From Methylococcales bacterium (GTDB lineage: Bacteria; Pseudomonadota; Gammaproteobacteria; Methylococcales; DRLZ01): 64,000 bases of DNA. The translations under genes were made by a program, and so were the position numbers. The stretch's first letter is position 1, and the number at the start of each line of letters is the position of its first letter. Below the pieces are notes generated by a model that did no database searches, was not told where the DNA came from, and saw only the letters and a program-made list of their open reading frames with translations. Shown piece by piece: positions 10,261 through 19,553 of this stretch. The stretch covers positions 602,570-666,569 of the forward strand of contig CBDCZN010000002.1 in NCBI GenBank assembly GCA_965224565.1, in the 5' to 3' direction.

Positions 10261-10905
10261 TCAGTTGATTCCAAACTGTTGACGATACTCGAGTATTTGC
10301 TGCTGGTAATCTGAGAATTCATTTAAATTGCTTACAAATTTGGCGATATGTGAGAAATTGATAATTGAGATCACTGGAATTTTATATGTGTCTTCAATCA
10401 TCTGGATGGCTGATTGACTGTTTTCCAATCGTTCCTGTCGATCCAGTGCTATCAATACGCCACAAGCCGTGGCTTGCGACTGTTTGAAAATCTGTATGGA
10501 TTCATTCACAGAAGTTCCAGCGGTAATCACATCATCAACGATTAAAGCGTTACCTTGAAGAGGAGCACCAACCAGCTGACCGCCTTCGCCATGATCCTTT
10601 ACTTCTTTGCGATTAAATGCGTAAGGTAAATCAATTTGATGATGTTTTGCAAGCGCAATTGATAAAGCACACACCAGCGGAATGCCTTTGTATGCAGGGC
10701 CAAATAAGATATCGACTGAAATGTTTGCTGCAATCAGCGCATGTGCATAAAAACCTCCGAGTCGAGCCAGTTTTTCTCCACTATTAAATTGTCCACCATT
10801 AAAAAAATAAGGGCTAATACGTCCAGATTTTAAGCTAAACTGACCAAATTGTAATGCTTCACAATCGAGAGCAAAGCGTATAAATTCTGATTGATAGTCT
10901 TGCAT
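10261..10905 (-). CDS. pyrE: Orotate phosphoribosyltransferase
   Basis: 214 aa with the PRPP-binding motif ALIVDDVITAGTS and the N-terminus FIRFALDCEALQFGQFSLKSGRISPYFFN. Confidence 0.9.
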   Translation of the reverse strand: MQDYQSEFIRFALDCEALQFGQFSLKSGRISPYFFNGGQFNSGEKLARLGGFYAHALIAANISVDILFGPAYKGIPLVCALSIALAKHHQIDLPYAFNRKEVKDHGEGGQLVGAPLQGNALIVDDVITAGTSVNESIQIFKQSQATACGVLIALDRQERLENSQSAIQMIEDTYKIPVISIINFSHIAKFVSNLNEFSDYQQQILEYRQQFGIN

Positions 10906-10918
10906 AGTGGTTTACTTG

Positions 10919-12091
10919 TTAGATAGGTAAGAATTGTTCGAGAATAGAATCCAGATATCGCCATCCCTGGTCAGTACAGCCTATCTGGTTTTTTGATCTA
11001 AATAAAAGATTGTTATTGATACAGTTCGATAATACAGGTTCCAACGTATCAATAGTCAGCCCGGTGTGTTGACTGAATTGGTCGATCTGAAAGCCATCCT
11101 TGAGCCGTAGCTGGTTCATCATGAATTCAAATGCACGGTCTTCCATTCCTATCGTTGATGTGCCTTCAATAGCTTGGGAATTCTGCACATCATTAATATA
11201 TCGGCGTGGATTTTTATGCTTCCAGCAACGGGTGATTTGTTGCGTGGTTATATTGGTTAATTTTCCATGTGCACCTGCACCAATGCCAATATAATCGCCG
11301 AATTTCCAGTAATTTTCATTGTGTTGGCAGCGATGATTGTCTTTTGCCCAGGCTGATACCTCATATTGACGATAGCCATTGTCCATTAATCGTTCGCTAC
11401 AAGCGAGTTGCATGGCCCAGATATCATCATCTTTTGGCAGAATTGGTTGTGAGTAATAAAACGGAGTATCCGGTTCCAGAGTGAGTTGATAATGCGAAAT
11501 GTGTGATGGATTCAAGGCAATCGCTTGTTGTACATCACTCACTGCTGACTGGATACTCTGTCCGGGTAAGCCAAACATTAAATCAGTGTTAAAGTTCTCA
11601 AAGCCTGCACGATGGGCGGCATCGATAGCTTTGATAGCAGATTGACTATCGTGAATACGTCCCAATTGCTTTAATCGGGAATCACAAAAGCTTTGTACGC
11701 CAATCGATAGTCGATTGATGCCCGCTTCAAAATAGCCTTTGAACTTAGCATATTCTACAGTGCCCGGATTTGCTTCAAGTGTAATTTCCATCGTGTTGCT
11801 ACAAGACACTGTTTGTTGGATATTTTGTAGCAATTGAGAAATTGATTCAACAGAAAACAGACTTGGTGTGCCACCGCCGATGAAAATACTGGTAATGTGA
11901 CGTGAGTCCAGCCTGGTTTTTTCATACTCCAAATCCAACACAAGCGCATCAATATAGGCTGATTCCGGCAAATCACCGCGTAAAGAATGAGAATTGAAAT
12001 CGCAATAAGGGCATTTTAGAACACACCAAGGCATATGCACATACAAGCCGACCGGAGGTGCAATTAGTTTCGGCTCAGGTTTTTGGTGCAT
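10919..12091 (-). CDS. hemW: Radical SAM heme chaperone HemW (HemN-like, oxygen-independent coproporphyrinogen oxidase family)
   Basis: 390 aa with the radical-SAM cluster motif CVLKCPYCDFNS near the N-terminus and a HemN-like C-terminal domain. Confidence 0.85.
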   Translation of the reverse strand: MHQKPEPKLIAPPVGLYVHMPWCVLKCPYCDFNSHSLRGDLPESAYIDALVLDLEYEKTRLDSRHITSIFIGGGTPSLFSVESISQLLQNIQQTVSCSNTMEITLEANPGTVEYAKFKGYFEAGINRLSIGVQSFCDSRLKQLGRIHDSQSAIKAIDAAHRAGFENFNTDLMFGLPGQSIQSAVSDVQQAIALNPSHISHYQLTLEPDTPFYYSQPILPKDDDIWAMQLACSERLMDNGYRQYEVSAWAKDNHRCQHNENYWKFGDYIGIGAGAHGKLTNITTQQITRCWKHKNPRRYINDVQNSQAIEGTSTIGMEDRAFEFMMNQLRLKDGFQIDQFSQHTGLTIDTLEPVLSNCINNNLLFRSKNQIGCTDQGWRYLDSILEQFLPI

Positions 12092-12129
12092 TCAGTCTTT
12101 TGATTGTGTCTGATTCAATATGAATGAGT

Positions 12130-12774
12130 CTATTGCGCTAGCTTGCGAAGCGATCGTTGCACATCTTTAAGCCGCCCTTGATGCGCAATTTCACGTCCAG
12201 AACGTAGTTTGGCCTGGTTGGCTTTTAGCAGATAGCGTTTTGCCTGTAGCGGTAAATCTTTGCGGCGTAAAAAATCACCATAGTAGAAGTTAGCATCGAT
12301 TCCAGCTGGATTGTATTTCAAGCCCTTTTTGTACGCTTTCTCTGCTTTGTCATCATCACCAATCGAAAGCGGCCAGCCTGGTGATTTATCGTAAAGCAAA
12401 CCCAGTAAAGTCCAAGCCAGTCCGTCCATTGAGGTGGGATTTTTATTGATCGCCTGTTTTAATGATTTTTTAATTGTATTAATTTTTTTCAGAGTGGAAA
12501 AGCTACTGCTGTTTAACTTTATCATGGAGCCTCTAATCATTGCTTCAATGATTAAGTATTCGGCTGTTGCAAGGCAATCTTTAGGCGCTTGTTTGAACGA
12601 TATCAACATGGATTCAAATGCTTTCATGCGTTGATCTTTAGGTGTTTGATAACGAACTTTTGCCCAGTTGGTTTCAAGCTCTCCGTATGCTGCGCAAACG
12701 GCAGGATTATCCTCAAGAGACCAGCACATTGTTGAGATAAGACTGAATAACGCAAATGTTAAAAATCGGGTCAT
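12130..12774 (-). CDS. Hypothetical secreted protein with TPR-like helical repeats
   Basis: 214 aa with a signal-peptide-like N-terminus. The helical repeat region (AEKAYKKGLKYNPAGIDANFYYGDFL) resembles TPR. Confidence 0.5.
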   Translation of the reverse strand: MTRFLTFALFSLISTMCWSLEDNPAVCAAYGELETNWAKVRYQTPKDQRMKAFESMLISFKQAPKDCLATAEYLIIEAMIRGSMIKLNSSSFSTLKKINTIKKSLKQAINKNPTSMDGLAWTLLGLLYDKSPGWPLSIGDDDKAEKAYKKGLKYNPAGIDANFYYGDFLRRKDLPLQAKRYLLKANQAKLRSGREIAHQGRLKDVQRSLRKLAQ

Positions 12775-13134
12775 GTTTCTAAAAGTTCTCAGATTAAAAT
12801 TGTATGATAAGCCTGTGCGCTTGATCGTGGAGTGTTGTAGAATATTGGTCAGCTGCTAAGGCAACAATAATATAGCACGATAGTGTTTATATTGGCTGAC
12901 CGTGACTTTATCTGATGGATGACATCAAATTCTAGAAGGTAGTTCAACAAAGATTGATCGATTGAGAACAATTTAGCTAATCAGTTGATTGTAAAGATAG
13001 ATTTTTCATACACAGATCAGCACTGGTTAGTATCGTAATTTTTTCACAAACTCTGATTGCCTGAACTTCTGTTGGGATTGTTTTCTCAAATGGCGGTCAC
13101 AGGCTTCTATTTATTTAAATTAAGGAGATTGAAC

Positions 13135-13740
13135 ATGAGTGTATTGGTAGGTAAACCTGCCCCGGATTTTACTGCTGCTGCAGTATTAGGCAATGGGGAT
13201 ATTGTTGACGATTATAATCTTGCAGACGCAAGCAAGGGAAAATATGCATTGGTAGTATTCTACCCGCTTGATTTTACTTTTGTTTGTCCAACTGAATTGG
13301 TTGCTTTGGACCATCGCCTGGATGAATTTACCAGTCGTGATGTAGAAGTTATTGCTGTTTCAGTTGATTCACAGTTTACGCATAGTGCATGGCGCAATAC
13401 AGCGGTCAATCAAGGTGGTATTGGTCCGGTACGTTATACAATGGTTGCTGACGTTTCCCATTCAATCGTAAAAAGTTACGATGTTGAAGTGGATGGCGCT
13501 GCAATTGCTTATCGAGGTACCTTCCTGATTGATAAAGACGGCATTGTTCGACATCAAGTGGTTAACGACTTGCCACTAGGACGCAATATGGATGAAGCGA
13601 TTCGCATGGTTGATGCATTGCAGTTTTTCGAGGAAAACGGCGAAGTGTGCCCAGCAGGTTGGCAGAAAGGCCAATCTGGAATGAATCCAGATGCTGCAGG
13701 TGTAGCCAGTTATCTGAGCAATAATGCTGATCAGTTATAA
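13135..13740 (+). CDS. Typical 2-Cys peroxiredoxin (AhpC/TSA family)
   Basis: Motifs FYPLDFTFVCPTE (peroxidatic Cys) and GEVCPAGW (resolving Cys). I place the start at the ATG at 13135, preceded by taaggagattgaac (Shine-Dalgarno sequence), rather than the TTG at 13057 in the track. Confidence 0.9.
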   Translation: MSVLVGKPAPDFTAAAVLGNGDIVDDYNLADASKGKYALVVFYPLDFTFVCPTELVALDHRLDEFTSRDVEVIAVSVDSQFTHSAWRNTAVNQGGIGPVRYTMVADVSHSIVKSYDVEVDGAAIAYRGTFLIDKDGIVRHQVVNDLPLGRNMDEAIRMVDALQFFEENGEVCPAGWQKGQSGMNPDAAGVASYLSNNADQL

Positions 13741-13762
13741 ATTCAGCTATATAAGGTTTGAT

Positions 13763-13790
13763 AAAAAGGCCTCTGATTCGGGGCCTTTTT
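13763..13790 (+). terminator. Rho-independent terminator after the peroxiredoxin gene
   Basis: aaaaaggcctctgattcggggccttttt: GC stem aggcctc/ggggcct (one G-U pair), a 6-nt loop, then a T-run. The A-run on the other side means it could also act for the convergent minus-strand gene. Confidence 0.7.
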
Positions 13791-13815
13791 AATACTTGCA
13801 TTACATGGTTGACGC

Positions 13816-14121
13816 TTATTCTTTGCTTTTTAACGGCAAGTATTTAGCGTGAACAAAAATAGAAAAAGCCAATCCAATCGCACACCCCAAGCCAATAATG
13901 AGAAACCTGGGCATGTCGGGCTCATTTCCTGTAATTACAGTAATAATAAATATTTGGGATGCCAGAAACATCGACAATTTAGCCGATGCGTAAAAGCCGA
14001 GTCCACCCAAAAATGCCCATAGTACGGGCCAGTTTTCTTTTAACTCTGCACGTTTTGCAGTGATGTAAAACCAGTAAGCCACAACAAATGATATGCACAA
14101 AGGGATTAATAATCCTGACAT
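13816..14121 (-). CDS. Small integral membrane protein (3 predicted TM helices)
   Basis: 101 aa, almost entirely hydrophobic segments. No family recognised. Confidence 0.5.
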   Translation of the reverse strand: MSGLLIPLCISFVVAYWFYITAKRAELKENWPVLWAFLGGLGFYASAKLSMFLASQIFIITVITGNEPDMPRFLIIGLGCAIGLAFSIFVHAKYLPLKSKE

Positions 14122-14666
14122 TTTCTTTCCTCCACGATGACTAGTTATTTGAGTTATTTTGCAGCAAACTGAGGCATGACAAGTGTTAATTCTAGATGTC
14201 TAGCATCTCCATTACCGTTTGTTTCCAGTCCGATCTTTTTCAAGAGTGGTGATAAACAACACTGCGTCATAATTCTGTTATGACTGATTGCTGTGCTCTT
14301 GATAAAGCACTAGATAAAATTTCATCGTCGTTGACGATGTGGAGACTATATAAGCCTACTGCGCTGTCAGCTCATTATAACTTGATAGCTTGTTGTCATG
14401 AAAATTATTGTTGTTATGACAATTCTTCGAAAGAATAATTGCCAACAATAGACTGTTTTCGCAAAGCATCGTTTTGCAGGCGAACACTGCGTGTCACGAT
14501 TCTTCCAGGAATTATTAATTTTTAACACTGTCGAATTGCAGTATGTAGTATGCTGTTATGTGCTGTACATATATGATATTTCGCAACTAAACAGAATACT
14601 AACTGTGCCAGTTATGGTTTAAATATTATATTTCTTTTTGGACACATTGAATAAGGTAGCAGGGTC

Positions 14667-17393
14667 ATGGGTAAACTAGTTCGCTATTTGTTGTACTTTT
14701 TTGGCTTCTTGGTTGTTCTAATTGTTGCCGCAGTAATTCTGGCTCCACGTTTTGTTGACCCTAACGATTTTAAACCAAAAATTGTTAGCCTTGTAAAAGA
14801 GAAGACGGGGCGAGATATTGTGATTGATGGGGATATCAAACTCTCAGTTTTTCCGTGGATAGGTGTCTCTCTTGGCAAGGTCGAACTAAAAGAGCTGCCG
14901 GTATTCGGTACGCAGGAGTTACTGGCGATCAATAGTGCCGATGTTAAAGTGAAACTACTGCCATTAATTTCTAAAAAGGTCGAAGTGGATCGTGTGGTAC
15001 TTGATGGATTGAAACTCAATCTGGTTAAACTTGAAGATGGAATTGCCAACTGGGAAACACTTGGTGGTAGCAATGACAATCAACAGTCCGAGCAAACGGA
15101 GAAATCGCCAACTGAGTCAGTATCCCCTGAAAAAGATGACACGGAGAGTTCAGAGCAAGGTGGGTTTGCAGTGTCTGCATTGTCTGTCGGCGGCATTACG
15201 CTGAAAGATGCGCATATTAGTTTTGACGATAGAACCGCGCCGCAAAAAGTTGTTATTGATCAGTTGAATTTAAATGTTGATGAAGTCAGTTTTGATCAAC
15301 CAATTCCCTTTGATGCTGATTTTATCGCTCATGTTAGTCATCCTCAGTTGAAAGATACGATGAAAGTGTCAGGTGAGTTAACGCTGAATGAGGCAATGAA
15401 TCAGTTTACTATCGATGAGCTGCAACTCAATACAGATATTGAGGGCAGTGTGGTGCAGCAAGGCAAGGTTAACATTGATTTAAGTAGTGCTGTAATACAA
15501 TTTGACAAAAAGACAATGTTTCTTCAATTACCATCTGGGTTACAGCTCAAAGTCAATGGCGCAGGTGGTGACTTGCCGGCGGCATTCAATGCCAACCTAC
15601 AATTACCCAAAGCATCGATTAGTAAAGAGTTCAGTCAGTTTGATCTGGGAGAAATCAAACTTGGCGCTCATCTTGAAGGTGAAGCTATTAAACAAGGTAA
15701 TGTAGATATTGCTCTCAATAGCTCAGAAATCCAGTTTAATAAAAATACCCTGTCAGTTAATTTACCAGCCGGGTTAACGCTTAATATCAATGGCGGCGGC
15801 GGAGAGTTGCCGGAAAAATTTAATGCCAGCCTCAAGTTGCCCAGTATTTCTATTGCTAACCAGGATAAGTTTGACTTAGGTCAGTTAAGTTTGAATGCTC
15901 ATGCTGAAGGCAAACAATTTCCAGGTGGAAAAGTGGATGCTCAACTGACTACAAAAGTGAGCGGAGATTTGGCGAGCCAGGTGTTGTCGCTGTCTGATAT
16001 TCAATTGAATGCGGCTGATCTGGCTGTGAAAGGCCAGCTAACAGGCAGCAAGATTATTGATGCCCCTGAATTTAAGGGAAACTTGATGCTTGCGCAAATG
16101 AATGCCCGAAAACTTGCTGGTGATCTTGGGATTACATTGCCGGAAATGCAAGACACCAATGCATTAACCAAGCTTGGTTTTAATAGTGATGTCTATGTGA
16201 GTAAGCTGGCGGCTCGTTTGACTAATCTGAACATTGTGCTGGATGACAGCAAACTAAACGGTCAGGTTGCCGTCAACGATTTTGAATCACAAGCCATCGC
16301 TTTCAAATTGAATCTGGATAAGATTAATGTTGATCGTTATCTGCCACCAAAATCCAAGCAGGAGAATGATCAGCAAAGCGCACCTGTGCCAGCGGAAACT
16401 GAAAAAGGCACAGACGCTGCCAGTAATACCGATCCAAAAGATACTGCTTCAGATGTTGCTGAATTAATACCGGTTGAAACTATTCGCAAACTGAACATTA
16501 ATGGTGTATTTAAGATTGGTGAAATGTTGGTCAATGGTTTAAAGGCTAAAGATGTTAAGTTTACAGTTAAAGGCAAAGATAGCTTGGTCGATGCGCGACC
16601 ATCCATCGGTAAATTTTATGCTGGAAACATCAGTGCTGGTTTGACTGTTGATGCCAGAAAACAACAACCAACACTGAAAATTAACAATAAGGTAGCAAAT
16701 ATAGCTATTGAACCATTGCTTAAGGAGTTGTTGGAAAAAACCTATATTTCTGGTACCGCCAACATGAATACAAATTTGACATCGCAAGGAGCGACAGAAA
16801 AGGCTATTCTAGCGACCTTGAATGGAGAGGTGACTGCGAATTTTCTGGATGGTGCAATTTACGGTGTCAATATTCCAAAAATGATCCGTGATGGAGTTTC
16901 AACCCTGAAAGGTCAGGCCGTAGATAAAGAAGCTGTCAACAAAACTGATTTTTCCGAACTCAATATGCTGTCTAAAGTTAAAAATGGGGTAGTGACGACA
17001 GAAAAACTAGAATTGAAATCGCCATTACTGCGCATCCTGGGTAGTGGCACGCTGGATCTTAATACCAAAAAGATCGAATATCGAACCCGTGTCAAACTGG
17101 TCGATACCCTGAAAGGGCAGGGTGGTAACGCACCGACTGATTTAACGGGAATCCCGATTCCATTGTTGATTACAGGCACACTGGATAAGATTCGTTATGA
17201 GCTGGATACCAAAGCAGCCATGCAAGAAGCACTCAAAACCAAGGTTGGCAAACAAGCCAAGGAAAAAGCCAAAGCTGCTTTTGATAAAAACAAGGGAAAA
17301 GTGATGGATAAACTCAATAAAAAACTTGGTGGTGAAGCTGGCAAAAATCTTGAGAAAGGTGCGGGTGAACTACTGAAAGGATTTGGTTTCTAG
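14667..17393 (+). CDS. asmA: AsmA family outer-membrane assembly protein
   Basis: 908 aa with an N-terminal TM anchor plus FVDPNDFKPKIVSLVKEKTGRDIVIDGDIKLSVFPWIGVSLGKVEL (AsmA N-terminal signature), a long beta-rich repetitive middle and an AsmA_2-like C-terminus. Confidence 0.85.
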   Translation: MGKLVRYLLYFFGFLVVLIVAAVILAPRFVDPNDFKPKIVSLVKEKTGRDIVIDGDIKLSVFPWIGVSLGKVELKELPVFGTQELLAINSADVKVKLLPLISKKVEVDRVVLDGLKLNLVKLEDGIANWETLGGSNDNQQSEQTEKSPTESVSPEKDDTESSEQGGFAVSALSVGGITLKDAHISFDDRTAPQKVVIDQLNLNVDEVSFDQPIPFDADFIAHVSHPQLKDTMKVSGELTLNEAMNQFTIDELQLNTDIEGSVVQQGKVNIDLSSAVIQFDKKTMFLQLPSGLQLKVNGAGGDLPAAFNANLQLPKASISKEFSQFDLGEIKLGAHLEGEAIKQGNVDIALNSSEIQFNKNTLSVNLPAGLTLNINGGGGELPEKFNASLKLPSISIANQDKFDLGQLSLNAHAEGKQFPGGKVDAQLTTKVSGDLASQVLSLSDIQLNAADLAVKGQLTGSKIIDAPEFKGNLMLAQMNARKLAGDLGITLPEMQDTNALTKLGFNSDVYVSKLAARLTNLNIVLDDSKLNGQVAVNDFESQAIAFKLNLDKINVDRYLPPKSKQENDQQSAPVPAETEKGTDAASNTDPKDTASDVAELIPVETIRKLNINGVFKIGEMLVNGLKAKDVKFTVKGKDSLVDARPSIGKFYAGNISAGLTVDARKQQPTLKINNKVANIAIEPLLKELLEKTYISGTANMNTNLTSQGATEKAILATLNGEVTANFLDGAIYGVNIPKMIRDGVSTLKGQAVDKEAVNKTDFSELNMLSKVKNGVVTTEKLELKSPLLRILGSGTLDLNTKKIEYRTRVKLVDTLKGQGGNAPTDLTGIPIPLLITGTLDKIRYELDTKAAMQEALKTKVGKQAKEKAKAAFDKNKGKVMDKLNKKLGGEAGKNLEKGAGELLKGFGF

Positions 17394-17556
17394 GAGGCTG
17401 TTCGAGAATAGAAGCCGTTGCGGGGGAAAGCGGTTTTGTGTCCTTTTTTTCGATTAAATGAGGCGAATACTTGCTGTATTTAACGAATTTAATCGGAAAA
17501 ATGGAGCAAAATCCGCTTTTCCGCAGTAGACTTTCTATTCTCGGACAGTCTCCTAG
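17390..17556. repeat. 167-bp near-complete imperfect palindrome (MITE/ERIC-like) overlapping the asmA stop codon
   Basis: 24-bp terminal arms: ctaggaggctgttcgagaatagaa (17390-17413) versus ttctattctcggacagtctcctag (17533-17556). The 2 mismatches are both G-U compatible on the + strand. Inner arms (gccgttgcgggggaaagcggttttg / caaaatccgcttttccgcag; ttcgattaaat / aatttaatcgg) also pair. Confidence 0.7.
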
Positions 17557-17613
17557 GGTAGGGCAAGTTCAAATGATTGTTGATTCAGTCAGCTGTGTTC
17601 ATAGTCCTTTATT

Positions 17614-18669
17614 TTGACACCGGAGATATTTCAGCGCCGCTTACTTGATTGGTTTGATTGTCATGGGAGAAAAGATTTTCCCTGGCAAGCAAAGCAGCCA
17701 GATGCCTATGCGATTTGGGTTTCTGAAATCATGCTACAGCAAACTCAGGTTAGCGTGGTTGTTCCTTATTTTCAACGTTTCATGGGACGTTTTCCAACTA
17801 TTGAAACGCTGGCTTCGGCTCCGCTGGACGGTGTTCTGGAGCACTGGGCTGGGCTAGGTTACTATGCCAGAGCGCGTAATTTGCATAAAACCGCGCAGAG
17901 AGTTGTCACCGCACATAATGCAAATTTTCCCACCGAGCTTGATACACTTTGCCAGCTGCCTGGCATTGGTCGCTCAACTGCTGCAGCGATTCTCAGCATG
18001 GCTTTTTCACAGCGACACGCTATCCTCGATGGTAATGTTAAACGAGTATTGGCACGATTTTATGGAGTACAAGGTTGGCCGGGAAAAACCTCCGTCAGTA
18101 AAATCTTGTGGCATTTCAGTGAAACGCTAACGCCCACCCATCGAGTTGCCGAATACACTCAGGCAATTATGGATTTAGGAGCAACACTCTGTACTCGCCA
18201 TAAACCACTATGTCACCAATGTCCTGTTGCAACTGATTGTATCGCTTTAAAAACAAACCGGGTCGCTGAATTACCGACACCACGTAGTCAACAGAAAATC
18301 CCCATCAAACACTGTTTAATGCCTGTTTTGATTCATCCACAATCAGGCGTCTATTTGCAAAAAAGACCGCCAACCGGTATCTGGGGAGGGCTCTGGAGTT
18401 TACCGGAAGATTCAGATCAAGATGGTATTATTCAATGGTTTAATGAAAGATTAGTTGATGAATCTGTCTTGCAGTGGCTACCTGTGCGAAAACATACATT
18501 CTCGCATTTTCATTTACACTTTCAGCCAGTACTGGCAATATCGGAGCAATGTTTGATGGTTAGCGAGGCGAATCGTACTGGGTGGTTTAAGATTGGTCAT
18601 TCACATCCGGCAATGCCTGCCCCGATTCAAAAGTTACTCAATGATATCGCGCCTAAAATAAACTGTTAA
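17614..18669 (+). CDS. mutY: A/G-specific adenine DNA glycosylase
   Basis: 351 aa. Motifs: FPWQ...YAIWVSEIMLQQTQV, HhH-GPD (LPGIGRSTAAAI), a 4Fe-4S Cys cluster (CTRHKPLCHQCPVATDC) and a NUDIX-like C-terminus. The start is a non-ATG codon in the track. Confidence 0.9.
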   Translation: MTPEIFQRRLLDWFDCHGRKDFPWQAKQPDAYAIWVSEIMLQQTQVSVVVPYFQRFMGRFPTIETLASAPLDGVLEHWAGLGYYARARNLHKTAQRVVTAHNANFPTELDTLCQLPGIGRSTAAAILSMAFSQRHAILDGNVKRVLARFYGVQGWPGKTSVSKILWHFSETLTPTHRVAEYTQAIMDLGATLCTRHKPLCHQCPVATDCIALKTNRVAELPTPRSQQKIPIKHCLMPVLIHPQSGVYLQKRPPTGIWGGLWSLPEDSDQDGIIQWFNERLVDESVLQWLPVRKHTFSHFHLHFQPVLAISEQCLMVSEANRTGWFKIGHSHPAMPAPIQKLLNDIAPKINC

Positions 18670-18707
18670 AGCCTATTTCAACAAACCCGGAACCCAGGAA
18701 AGGCAAA

Positions 18708-19322
18708 GTGCGATCAACCCTATATTATATCCATGATCCAATGTGCAGCTGGTGCTGGGCATTTCGACCAGTGTGGCAAGTTGTACGCAAGCAACTCCCG
18801 CAACACATTGAGATAAAATACTTGCTCGGCGGTTTGGCTGCTGATACAAATAAAGCTATGCCAGAGGATTTACAAAAGACCATTCGACAAACCTGGCTGC
18901 GTATTCAGAAGGTTGTCCCCGGTACTGAATTTAATTTCGATTTCTGGGAAATGTGCCTGCCAAGACGATCGACTTATCCCGCGTGCAGAGCTGTAATCGC
19001 TGCTCGTAATCAAGGTCATCAATATGAAGAAGTCATGATCTATGCCATTCAACAAGCCTATTATCTGAATGCGGAAAATCCATCTGACGATGAAGTTTTA
19101 TCCAGTCTGGCAGAAAATCTGGAATTAGATCTCAAGCAATTCCAAATCGACCTGAATTCTCAGCAAACTCAACAACAACTAGAACAGGAAATCGTTAATT
19201 CCAGAACAATTGGCGCACAAGGTTTCCCAAGTCTTATCTGGCTAGGCTATGGAAACTATTGTTCGATAGCGATTGATTACAATAATGCTGATATTGTGTT
19301 AGAAGCAATCACGTCGCAATGA
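18708..19322 (+). CDS. DsbA-family thioredoxin-fold protein
   Basis: 204 aa with a CxxC active site in YIHDPMCSWCWAF and a C-terminal GAQGFPSL motif typical of the DsbA/FrnE-like family. Confidence 0.75.
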   Translation: MRSTLYYIHDPMCSWCWAFRPVWQVVRKQLPQHIEIKYLLGGLAADTNKAMPEDLQKTIRQTWLRIQKVVPGTEFNFDFWEMCLPRRSTYPACRAVIAARNQGHQYEEVMIYAIQQAYYLNAENPSDDEVLSSLAENLELDLKQFQIDLNSQQTQQQLEQEIVNSRTIGAQGFPSLIWLGYGNYCSIAIDYNNADIVLEAITSQ

Positions 19323-19553
19323 GTATTGAATTGTCCACAAATGTTTGGCCTCAGAGCTGCGATAGAAAATTAAAAGTCGATTACTGTCAGTAAGGTATAA
19401 ATTATTATGCTGATGGGTTTGATGGCCAGTAAGACAAACTAATGTGGAGACGGAAAACCACGTTGATGATGGTTTATTTATCATCAATCACTATAATTTC
19501 AGCAAGCCCACCACTGGAGTATGACTATGATTGGTAACAGATGCTAACGATTA

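Noticed and set aside
13057-13134. N-terminal 26-codon extension of the peroxiredoxin ORF from a TTG
   Set aside because: A strong Shine-Dalgarno sequence (taaggag) precedes the ATG at 13135, and the family's conserved N-terminus starts there.
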